Shown here: positions 39,796 to 48,119 of the stretch, piece after piece
Layout: the number at the start of each line of letters is the position of its first letter
Position numbering within the stretch: position 1 is the first letter of the stretch
Assembly (NCBI GenBank): GCA_049322655.1
Contig: JBMORP010000006.1
Coordinates: 128,410 to 192,409 of the forward strand
Origin: Patescibacteria group bacterium
GTDB taxonomy: Bacteria; Patescibacteriota; Microgenomatia; UBA1400; PJMF01
Direction of reading: 5' to 3'
DNA length: 64,000 bases
Notes under the pieces: generated by a model
Told to the model about the DNA's origin: nothing
Databases searched by the model: none
The model's input: only the letters and a program-made list of their open reading frames with translations
Translations under genes and position numbers: made by a program

Positions 39796-41499
39796 TTATC
39801 TAAAACGTTCATATTGCCAAAACTCGATCTGTTTATCCAATTGATCTTGTTTCAACTGATTAAGCAAAGTAAACCGTTCATGAGTCTTGTTATAATCAGG
39901 TATCTCTTCGCTACCAATCACAAATAACCGATCCTCATATAAAAAGTGTGCTACTTCCCAATCTATTTTTTCAAAATAAATATTATCTAGCCTTTTAACA
40001 TGTCTAAAGCCTTCACTGTCAGGTGGATAGTATTCTATTCTCGTTACTAACGAGTTGGGATCTATTTTGAGGTGAAATAAAAAGTAAATATATGGTGATG
40101 ATTGCTCATCTTGAATGATAATTTTGTCATAATTATTTTTTAAGGCATCAACCTGAAATACTAAGGGTTTCATTTGCCAAGACCAACGGCCAGCATCTTG
40201 TTTGGGAAAAATAAAATAATAAGAAATTAAAAATTTATAAATAAAATAAAATAGTCCTATAGTTAGAGCCCATAAAACAATTAGGAAAAGTTTTCTAGAT
40301 AATTTTTCTTTTAAAAAACTAATTATTACTGACCAACCATAGACCGATAAAATTTCAATCGCTATAAAAGCCGGTGAAAATCTCACTGTATGATTGGCTG
40401 TGAAAGTAATCATTGGTGCGACCGCCGCAGTTAACAACCACATTCCTAATAAATTCAGCCCAAACATAGAACCTATAAATATCTGGGTTATTCCTACTAC
40501 CAGACCTAAAAACATTAGAGGATAAAAATTACCAAAGCCTGTAATATTGTGGGCCCCATTGTCTCCACCTTTAACAAACAAAAATTCTGGAGAAACTAAA
40601 GCAAAAAAGTTTTTCACAATTTGGTCAAAAATTGCTACAAATTTATTCAAAACCACCACTAAAAAAGGATGGTTTGGTTGTTCTAACATTAATCTCAGAG
40701 TTGAGACATGAGTTGAATAAGCATTTGGACTGAAAATAGATAAACCACTAAATTTAGTCTTGTTGGCTCCAGTTACTCCACTCAAAACTAAAGTAGTCAA
40801 GACTAATAACAAAGGAAAACAAACTAAGAATATTTTTTTCCTATTAATTCCTTTGAAAAACTTTTTAACAAATTTATGTTCAAAATAAATAAATCCTAGC
40901 AAAAATAGTGGGGTAAAAACTTGATAAGCATGATAACCCAACAGGGTGATTGCCAAACTGAACACAGCTACAACTAACAAACCAATTTTTATTTGTTTAT
41001 TGGTTTCAAAAATATTTTTAACTTTTAATAAACCAAGTAAACCCAAGATAAAAAACAATAATGATAAATGAGCTTCATAAGCTACGTGAGAAAAATGGAT
41101 CTGCCAAGGAGACACTGCTAATAAAAAAGCCGTTCCCAAAGCTAAGTTTTCTCGATTTTTACTTTTACTAAACAAACGCTGAACTAAATAATAACTAGTT
41201 ATCACTAAGCCTATGCCAGCCAACATCGAAGGCAGCCGGACTACCCAAGTTTCCAAACCAAAAACAGCAATAAAAGGCATTAAACTATAAACATAAAGCG
41301 GTAACTTCCAATCACCAAATGACTCAATTTGAATTGGCCAAGCCTGACCATGTTCTTCTCGACCAGTTAATAAAATTGAATAAGCAGTATAACCCAGTGA
41401 AGCTTCATCACGATTTAGTTCAATTGGTACTACCCCCAATTTAAAAACTCGTAAAAAAACCGCTAACAAAATAACTAGATAAAAAAGTTTTTTCTTCAT
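39796..41499 (-). CDS. ArnT/PMT_2-like GT-C glycosyltransferase (paralog 5)
   Basis: NRDEAS, ESFGDWKLP, RLPS, SHVAYE, NHTVR. Start moved to ATG 41499. Confidence 0.8.
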   Translation of the reverse strand: MKKKLFYLVILLAVFLRVFKLGVVPIELNRDEASLGYTAYSILLTGREEHGQAWPIQIESFGDWKLPLYVYSLMPFIAVFGLETWVVRLPSMLAGIGLVITSYYLVQRLFSKSKNRENLALGTAFLLAVSPWQIHFSHVAYEAHLSLLFFILGLLGLLKVKNIFETNKQIKIGLLVVAVFSLAITLLGYHAYQVFTPLFLLGFIYFEHKFVKKFFKGINRKKIFLVCFPLLLVLTTLVLSGVTGANKTKFSGLSIFSPNAYSTHVSTLRLMLEQPNHPFLVVVLNKFVAIFDQIVKNFFALVSPEFLFVKGGDNGAHNITGFGNFYPLMFLGLVVGITQIFIGSMFGLNLLGMWLLTAAVAPMITFTANHTVRFSPAFIAIEILSVYGWSVIISFLKEKLSRKLFLIVLWALTIGLFYFIYKFLISYYFIFPKQDAGRWSWQMKPLVFQVDALKNNYDKIIIQDEQSSPYIYFLFHLKIDPNSLVTRIEYYPPDSEGFRHVKRLDNIYFEKIDWEVAHFLYEDRLFVIGSEEIPDYNKTHERFTLLNQLKQDQLDKQIEFWQYERFR

Positions 41500-41507
41500 T
41501 AAAAATC

Positions 41508-42413
41508 TTAAATTTTTAATTTTCTTCTGAACTGCCAATAAATCCTCACTAAACCTGTTGTGTGTCTCATTTGATAGTCAGCCCACCAATACCGCCAAAT
41601 CCGTTGTACTTTAGCCAAAGTCTGAGCTAATTCTTCTGGGTTTGTTGGTTTGAAACCAGTTTCTCCCCATTGTTTCAAATAAATGATTGCCTCATACATA
41701 GCTTGTAAAAATGATAATGAGCTACCATGAAGTCCCTCCTCAAAACCATTCATCATCAGTGATCTTTTGGCAAATTCATTAGCAAAAATCTCAAACATTT
41801 CATCAGTTGAAAAATTATTTTTGGAGGTAACTGCCAAACGTTCTTTGGCTTGAATAGAGGTATAGTGATTTAACTTAGTTAAAAAATGAGCAATATCTGT
41901 GTAGTTAGCATGCTCAATGGCATATTTTTCTTCTGCAGGAAATTTTTCTTGGATACCAGTCATATCTGGCAAACGATGAACACCCACCTGCCAAGAAACA
42001 GTACCTTTTCTAAATAACCTGGGCTGGTAATCTGGCCACCAACCAGTTTTCATAATCCATTTACCAAAAACAAAGTTTTTCCTTGGCAAATGATAGATAT
42101 CAGCACTAGCTGAATCATGAATGGTTTGTAAAATTATTTCTTTTAATTCTGTTGAAATAACTTCGTCTGCATCCACAACCAGAATCCAAGGATGACTGGC
42201 TTTAGCAATCGCGAAGTTTCTAGCAGGATCAGCGTAACCCATATCTTCATGGTGATAAATCTCGGCTTGGTATTTTTTGGCAATTGCTAAAGTCTCATCA
42301 GAGCTTTCCATATCAACAACCACAATTTCATCGGCGAACTGCACCGATTTTAGAGTTTTTTCCAACGTGTCAGCCACATTTTTGGTATGAATCAGCACAG
42401 ATAGTTTCGACAT
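41508..42413 (-). CDS. GT2 beta-glycosyltransferase (KdtX/LgtF-like)
   Basis: DEIVVVDMESSD, PARNFA, VDADE, WWPDYQPRLF, VH. Start at ATG 42413. Confidence 0.85.
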   Translation of the reverse strand: MSKLSVLIHTKNVADTLEKTLKSVQFADEIVVVDMESSDETLAIAKKYQAEIYHHEDMGYADPARNFAIAKASHPWILVVDADEVISTELKEIILQTIHDSASADIYHLPRKNFVFGKWIMKTGWWPDYQPRLFRKGTVSWQVGVHRLPDMTGIQEKFPAEEKYAIEHANYTDIAHFLTKLNHYTSIQAKERLAVTSKNNFSTDEMFEIFANEFAKRSLMMNGFEEGLHGSSLSFLQAMYEAIIYLKQWGETGFKPTNPEELAQTLAKVQRIWRYWWADYQMRHTTGLVRIYWQFRRKLKI

Positions 42414-42423
42414 GATTGTCTGC

Positions 42424-42453
42424 ATTGTACCTGCTGGCAAAGCCAGTTACAAT
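42424..42453. promoter_or_regulatory. Symmetric bidirectional sigma70-type promoter
   Basis: Plus strand: TTGTAC(42425-30)-17-TACAAT(42448-53). Minus strand: TTGTAA(42452-47)-17-TACAAT(42429-24). Lies between divergent genes. Confidence 0.6.
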
Positions 42454-42458
42454 TACTT

Positions 42459-44513
42459 TTGGTGAACAATTTTTATAGTTTTCTCGACTGGCAATTTTGG
42501 TTATATGGGTGGTGGTTTTTGCTTGCCTTTACTATTTCAGTCATTCCTGCTGGGTGGTTATTAGTGAAACAAACTCAATTAAAGAATATTTATAAAATAT
42601 TGCTCACCCCTGTCTTTGGCATGGTCGCTTGGACCCTCCAAGGCTATATTTTTGGGTTTTTTAATTTAAGATTTTTAAGTTTTTTTTATTTGGGCTTTTC
42701 TCTTTATTATTTTTTTAAATTATTTTTTTCTGCAAACAAAAACTTTTTTAATTTTGGTGAAAAATTAATCACAACCATTAAAGAAACTTTTAGTTTTTTC
42801 CCCAAAAAAGCTCTTTGGCTGATTGGTCTTGGTTCAATCTTACAACTACTAGCTGTTTTCCCTTCAGGAATAAGATATCCAGCTGGCATCACTTTTTATT
42901 GGCTCAATGCCTATGATGGCATCCTCCATCTAACTTTTATTAAAGAACTGGTTAGACATTTTCCCCCGTATCAACCAGGAGCCTACAATTTATTTGTTAC
43001 CAATTACCATTATTTATCAGATTTATTATTAGCTGAGTTAGTTAGGGTCTGGCATTTGCCGATTAGCCACCTTTTTTTTCATTACTTTCCCCTTTTATTT
43101 ACACCTTTATTGGGAGTGATTACTTATTTACTGGTATTCAAATGGACAAAATCAAAAACCGCCGCTTTCTGGTCCACTTTTTTTCATTATTTTGCCGGAG
43201 ATATGTTCTATGTTTTCTCTTTACTTTTTCATAGCAATCTTGGTAGCCACACCGATACTTTGGATAATGGCATTATTCAGTTGCTCAATATGCCTCAAGC
43301 TTTTGCCAAATTAATTTTTTTGGGTGGGTTAATTTTTTTTGATCAGTGGGTAAAGAAAAAAGATAAAACAAGTGGGGTACTTGCCATTGTTTCTTTAGCC
43401 AGTGTCGTTGGCTTTAAAGTTTATTTTGGGCTAGCTGCAGCTTTGGGCTTGACTCTTTATGTGGGTCTAGAACTCATTAAGGAAATTCCTCAACTAAGCA
43501 AAAACAACTTCTCAACTTGGAAAAAAACTTGGCTGAAACATCAGGAAAAAATTTTCTTCATGTTTTTATTTGCTTTGATCAGTGCAGTAATTTTTTTCCC
43601 AGTTAATAGTCACTCTGGTGGGTTGTTTTGGGCACCACTCGAATGGCCTAAGTTACTCTTAAGTTTTGATAAATTAAACTGGAATGAATGGTGGTTAAGG
43701 TTACAAGTTTATCAAGCTACACAAAACCTTAGAGCTTTGCTAGTGTGGTATAGCTTAGCTGTAGTTATTTTCATTGTGGCCACTTTTGGCACTAGATTGA
43801 TTGGCTTACTATTTCCTAGACATCTATTCGCAAAAATCCAAAGTCATAATTTTATTTTTCTTTATCCCACTATTTTTATCTTTAGTTTTATCGGAATGAA
43901 TTTTTTGCAAAGTTCTGGTCTGCATAACGTTTTTAACTTTTTTGTCGTTGCTTTAAGTTTTTTAACTCTTTTTTCAGGAGTTATCTTGGATCATCCGCTT
44001 CTAAAAAATAATTTTAGGAAAAGCTTGATTTTATTGGTAGTTATTTTCACTCTACCGAGAGTCTTACTTACCAGTTATTTTTATCTGTTTTCAATCTATC
44101 AAGGTTTTGAAAGAAAAATCATTTCTCCAGCTCAAGAAATAGCCCTTAATTATCTAGATAATGCAGAAAAAGTCAGATTAATTCAAACTCACCCCAATAA
44201 CCATTTGGATAATTTTGCGCCTTACACCTACTTATTCACTAAACATTACTCCTACTTTGGTGGCCGAGGCATTTTAGCTAGTCACAATCAACCAATCCAA
44301 AAAAGGCAAGAAGTTGTTAAAAAAATGTTTTCAACAAAAGATTTAAGAACCTTTGAGACTTTAGCTAGAGAAAATGCCATCTCTCATGTTATTTTTGAAA
44401 AGAAAGAAAACGTCCAAACCCCTTTCATCCCACTCAAAAATGCCTGTTTGGAGAATATAGCGATTGTCTTTGAAAACGAAGAAATTTTAATTATTAAAAT
44501 CTTGACTAATTAG
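42459..44513 (+). CDS. Large polytopic membrane protein, putative GT-C glycosyltransferase
   Basis: 684 aa, more than 12 TM segments, AYDGILH...YHYLSD loop motif, soluble C-terminal domain. Confidence 0.6.
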   Translation: MVNNFYSFLDWQFWLYGWWFLLAFTISVIPAGWLLVKQTQLKNIYKILLTPVFGMVAWTLQGYIFGFFNLRFLSFFYLGFSLYYFFKLFFSANKNFFNFGEKLITTIKETFSFFPKKALWLIGLGSILQLLAVFPSGIRYPAGITFYWLNAYDGILHLTFIKELVRHFPPYQPGAYNLFVTNYHYLSDLLLAELVRVWHLPISHLFFHYFPLLFTPLLGVITYLLVFKWTKSKTAAFWSTFFHYFAGDMFYVFSLLFHSNLGSHTDTLDNGIIQLLNMPQAFAKLIFLGGLIFFDQWVKKKDKTSGVLAIVSLASVVGFKVYFGLAAALGLTLYVGLELIKEIPQLSKNNFSTWKKTWLKHQEKIFFMFLFALISAVIFFPVNSHSGGLFWAPLEWPKLLLSFDKLNWNEWWLRLQVYQATQNLRALLVWYSLAVVIFIVATFGTRLIGLLFPRHLFAKIQSHNFIFLYPTIFIFSFIGMNFLQSSGLHNVFNFFVVALSFLTLFSGVILDHPLLKNNFRKSLILLVVIFTLPRVLLTSYFYLFSIYQGFERKIISPAQEIALNYLDNAEKVRLIQTHPNNHLDNFAPYTYLFTKHYSYFGGRGILASHNQPIQKRQEVVKKMFSTKDLRTFETLARENAISHVIFEKKENVQTPFIPLKNACLENIAIVFENEEILIIKILTN

Positions 44514-44710
44514 TCTTCGTTTTTATGAAACTTTTTTCTCTTTTCAGCCCTCATCGATCTATCTCTTCTTCTTAAATGCCGATCACTATCATGACGTAGT
44601 AAAGATTTAAATAAAATCGTAAGTAAACCTTCCTTACCATATTCACCAATTAACTGTTCATCAGTCTTTTTCTCAAGTAAAGTTCGACTAAGTGATCTTT
44701 TCTCTTTCAT
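44510..44710 (-). CDS. Small basic hypothetical protein (66 aa)
   Basis: ATG 44710 (MKEKRS...), preceded 10 nt upstream by TGnTATAAT; Arg/Lys-rich C-terminus. Confidence 0.5.
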   Translation of the reverse strand: MKEKRSLSRTLLEKKTDEQLIGEYGKEGLLTILFKSLLRHDSDRHLRRRDRSMRAEKRKKFHKNED

Positions 44711-44729
44711 AAAAAAACAGATTATAACA
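44711..44729 (-). promoter_or_regulatory. Putative extended -10 promoter TGTTATAAT
   Basis: Minus strand TG-T-TATAAT (44729-44721), then 10 nt to the ATG. Confidence 0.5.
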
Positions 44730-44816
44730 AAATTACTCAAAAAACTGAAAAAATATAAAAATACCTGTTTACAAAACTTGAAACTTTGGCTTATTCTAGA
44801 AGAAGGAAGTTTCCTT

Positions 44817-45674
44817 ATGATCAATATTTCTAGTTCTAATCCTCAACCTGCAGTTGCCCCTCCACCTCAAGCTACCTCTCAGCCAAGCCCTGATTTAGCT
44901 ACTCAAACTCCCCAGCAACCAGCCCCTCAAGAAAATAAAAATACTCGCTACTTTATTATTGGTGGCGTTATCTTGGCTATTTTGGCCATCGGTGGTTTGG
45001 CTAGTTTATTTTTAGTTCAAGAACCACAAGAAATTAGACAACAAGCCGCTCAATGTGTCGAACAATGTCCTGGTAATGATGGAGTTCTAAGAAACTGTAC
45101 CCCACCAGAAGATGATGGATCAGCTGCCGAAAGCATCTGTAATGTCAAAGGTAGAGTTGAAGCCTGTGGTGGTAAAAACTACTGTTGTCCTGCTCCTGGT
45201 GGAACTTGGACAACTAACATGACTGCTTGTGCTACTCCTACTCCAGAACCAAGTCCAACTGAAGAGCCTGGTTTATGTTCCTCTGATTCTGTCGCTGATT
45301 GTCGAACTGCTGATCCAGGAGATTATTGTAATAATGGCGCTGGTGAATGTACTGTTAGTGGTTCAAAGGGAGCTGATGGTAAAGATGTCTGTACTTGTGC
45401 CGATGATCCAGAGCCAACTGCAACTCCAACTACTACACCCACAAGCGCACCAACCACTGCTCCAACTACTACGGCGCCTACAAACGCACCAACCACTGCT
45501 CCAACTAATGCACCAACTACTGCTCCAACTACTACTGCTCAAGCTACCACAGTGCCAACTCAACCACCCCTTCCTTCTGAGTTACCAGAAACAGGACCTG
45601 AAGATTGGTTGAAAAATCTCTCTATAGGACTAGGAGCACTCGGTGTTGGTGCCTTACTTTTCCTCTTCTTATAA
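44817..45674 (+). CDS. Cys-rich, Thr/Pro-rich surface protein with N-terminal TM anchor and C-terminal LPETG + TM
   Basis: Pro/Gln leader, TM, QEIRQQAA, 8-Cys and 6-Cys modules, (A)PT[TN] repeats, LPETG at 45582-45596, hydrophobic tail. Start at ATG 44817. Confidence 0.85.
   Translation: MINISSSNPQPAVAPPPQATSQPSPDLATQTPQQPAPQENKNTRYFIIGGVILAILAIGGLASLFLVQEPQEIRQQAAQCVEQCPGNDGVLRNCTPPEDDGSAAESICNVKGRVEACGGKNYCCPAPGGTWTTNMTACATPTPEPSPTEEPGLCSSDSVADCRTADPGDYCNNGAGECTVSGSKGADGKDVCTCADDPEPTATPTTTPTSAPTTAPTTTAPTNAPTTAPTNAPTTAPTTTAQATTVPTQPPLPSELPETGPEDWLKNLSIGLGALGVGALLFLFL
45447..45539 (+). repeat. Intragenic degenerate 12-bp tandem repeat encoding APT[T/N]
   Basis: gca cca acc act / gct cca act act / gcg cct aca aac / gca cca acc act / gct cca act aat ... 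Confidence 0.85.
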
Positions 45675-45698
45675 AAACTACTTAAGAAAAGGAAAGCT

Positions 45699-46826
45699 GT
45701 GATTGAAATTTTTAAGGCAAAAAGGATCCAAACCATAATTACCTGGGTAGTTGCTTCGTTAATCACTCTATTGGTTTTCTTCCGCTATCAGACTCAATTT
45801 ACTGAACTAACTGATATGGATATTTATGCAGAAAAATATGCTCATTCGCAATATGTTTTGGGAGAAGGCTCACCACAAAAAATAGATGATGCTTCACTCT
45901 ATATTTATGCTGGGTTTGCCTATGCTAGAGGTGAAGATCCTACTACCATCAATTTTGAGCATCCTCCTTTGACTAAGTATTTACTTGGTTTATCTTACCG
46001 GCTGTTTCATAACTCAGTTGTCTTAAATTTGCCTTTATTCTTCATCTCTTTATTATGTGTTTTCTACTTAACCAAGACTATTACGCAAAACTATTGGTTG
46101 GGTTTGACCGGGATGGTAATTGTTGGTAATTTGCAGATTTTACAAGAGCATGTGTCTCAAGCATTGATGGATTTTCCTCAACTCACTTTAACACTGTTAT
46201 TTTTTTCTGTTTTATTTTCCAAGTTAAAATACAAATACTTACTAACGGGACTCGTCTTAGGTGGATTACTTGCCATCAAATACCAAATTCCAATGATTTT
46301 CTTATACCTTTTTATACTGCTCATCTGGGCTGTTACAGAAAAAAAACTAAAAGATTGGCTGTTAGCTTTACCCATTATGTTGGGGGTATATTTAATCAAC
46401 TACCTTGTTTACTTTATGAATGGTCACGATTTAATTGACTTTATTAAGTTTGAGTGGTTCCGTTTTCGTTGGTTTACTGGAGACAGAACTATGCCCAAGT
46501 TTTTGATTTGGCAAACCTTATTCACCGGATCTTTTAAAGCTTGGTGGGCTGCTGAGACATACCTAAAAGAACCTAGCTGGAGCATTTTTTGGCCAGTGAG
46601 CTTTGTCACTCATCTTTTTTCATTAGCTTTTTGGCAAAAATTCGATAAAAAAATCTTAACTTTAGTTTTTTATGCTACCGCAACACTCATCGTCTTCTCG
46701 GTTGGTTCAGCTGCTTATGCCAGGTATCTGCTCCAGTTATTACCTTTTTGGATCATCATTAGTATCTGGTTTATTCAAAGAAGCTACCTAACTTTGGGCA
46801 TGTTTTCTGCAAAAAATTCTGCCTGA
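45699..46826 (+). CDS. PMT-like (GT39-type) GT-C glycosyltransferase
   Basis: IDDASLY...NFEHPPLTKYLLG, ALMD, AIK, ARYLL; polytopic. Confidence 0.65.
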   Translation: MIEIFKAKRIQTIITWVVASLITLLVFFRYQTQFTELTDMDIYAEKYAHSQYVLGEGSPQKIDDASLYIYAGFAYARGEDPTTINFEHPPLTKYLLGLSYRLFHNSVVLNLPLFFISLLCVFYLTKTITQNYWLGLTGMVIVGNLQILQEHVSQALMDFPQLTLTLLFFSVLFSKLKYKYLLTGLVLGGLLAIKYQIPMIFLYLFILLIWAVTEKKLKDWLLALPIMLGVYLINYLVYFMNGHDLIDFIKFEWFRFRWFTGDRTMPKFLIWQTLFTGSFKAWWAAETYLKEPSWSIFWPVSFVTHLFSLAFWQKFDKKILTLVFYATATLIVFSVGSAAYARYLLQLLPFWIIISIWFIQRSYLTLGMFSAKNSA

Positions 46827-48118
46827 TCCCAATAGCTTTGCTGATCAAAAGTTAAGGTTACTATCACATTAGTAATGATCAATAAACCCAAAATCAAAAT
46901 GTAAGTGAGTTTGGCTAGTTTTTTAAAATTCAAGCTTTGAAATAACACAGGCACAAAACCCAACGAAATAACCCCTCTCAATTGCCATAAAGATAATTCT
47001 AAACCACTCACTAAGTTGAAAAGTGGCAACAGTAGTAACCACTGCAAACCAGCTAGCAAAAACAAATTTTTTTCCAAAATAAGCTTAATTAATTCAACAA
47101 GACTAATAATTAAAAGTGGCCAAAGTAAATAATCATACCAACCATGAAAAGTCGTTGCTCCAACTGTAAACAAAATAAAAACTAGGTTTAATAATACGGC
47201 TATTTTTAAAAATAAATATTTTTTATCCTCACGCCCAAACAATAAAATTGCTGCAAATAAACCCAAAATTTTCCAGCCATCAAAAAGCAGGTGTCTAATA
47301 ACAGTCGGATGTAAAAACAACCGATTTTGCAGGGTTACCAGGCCCAGATCTCGATTTGATTGAGCAGAAAGTAGTTGTAAAAACAAAGGAAAATCATAAA
47401 TAGCTCCATAAACCACAAACAAGCCGGTTCCTAATAATAAACTACCTAAACTAACTCTAAATAATCGCCAATTTCTTTCCATAAAAGCTACCGCTAACAC
47501 TGAAAGTGGTATTACCAAGCCAGCGGCTTTGGTTAAAATCGAGGCTGCACCCACCCAAAAAATTACTTGCCAACTCCATTTTTTATCTAAATTTAATAAA
47601 GCCCAAAAACTCAAAATTAACCACGTTACTAATAAGTTTTCAGCTACCACCAACCGACTGCCAAAAATTAGAGTTGGAATAGTCATAAACAACAGCGTCG
47701 CTAAAACAACCCAAGTCTTTTTTTTGAAAAATTTAGTAGCCAATAACCAAAATAAGCCAACATTAATCGCGCCCAAAAACACCATTGGCAATCTAATTAA
47801 CTTAGCTGAAGGTAAATCTAACCAATGATTTTTGAGTGAGTGAGCCAAGCCTGGCAATAAAGAAAAAAGCGGTGGATGATCAAAGACCGGTCTAACAATC
47901 GGCGCATCATAAACTCCAGTTCGGTAAACATAACCATTCTGATAGGCTGGGAAGTAGGACCAAGAAGCTGGCCATCTTTCTTGAATTAAACTAGCTCCTA
48001 AGTGTGTCCAGGCCCCTTCATCAGCTGTTTCACCAAAAACTGGGAACAAATAATAATCATTAAACCTTAATAAAAAACCACCAATTATCACAAGTAAACC
48101 AATTAAAAGTTTTTTCAT
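46784..48118 (-). CDS. PMT/ArnT-like GT-C glycosyltransferase
   Basis: LLRF..TADEGAW, FDHPPLF, IRLP, SRLVVAE, LTK, HGWY. Start moved to ATG 48118. Confidence 0.72.
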   Translation of the reverse strand: MKKLLIGLLVIIGGFLLRFNDYYLFPVFGETADEGAWTHLGASLIQERWPASWSYFPAYQNGYVYRTGVYDAPIVRPVFDHPPLFSLLPGLAHSLKNHWLDLPSAKLIRLPMVFLGAINVGLFWLLATKFFKKKTWVVLATLLFMTIPTLIFGSRLVVAENLLVTWLILSFWALLNLDKKWSWQVIFWVGAASILTKAAGLVIPLSVLAVAFMERNWRLFRVSLGSLLLGTGLFVVYGAIYDFPLFLQLLSAQSNRDLGLVTLQNRLFLHPTVIRHLLFDGWKILGLFAAILLFGREDKKYLFLKIAVLLNLVFILFTVGATTFHGWYDYLLWPLLIISLVELIKLILEKNLFLLAGLQWLLLLPLFNLVSGLELSLWQLRGVISLGFVPVLFQSLNFKKLAKLTYILILGLLIITNVIVTLTFDQQSYWDQAEFFAENMPKVR

Positions 48119-48119
48119 T

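Noticed and set aside
45447-45539. Short direct repeats as a CRISPR-like or non-coding array
   Set aside because: In-frame 12-bp units with third-position variation encoding APT[T/N]; this is a protein repeat.
479-48118. Alternative genetic code (UGA=Gly, as in Gracilibacteria/Absconditabacteria)
   Set aside because: Genes are full-length under code 11, and TGA repeatedly acts as stop in ATGA overlaps (e.g. 479-482, 36023-36026).
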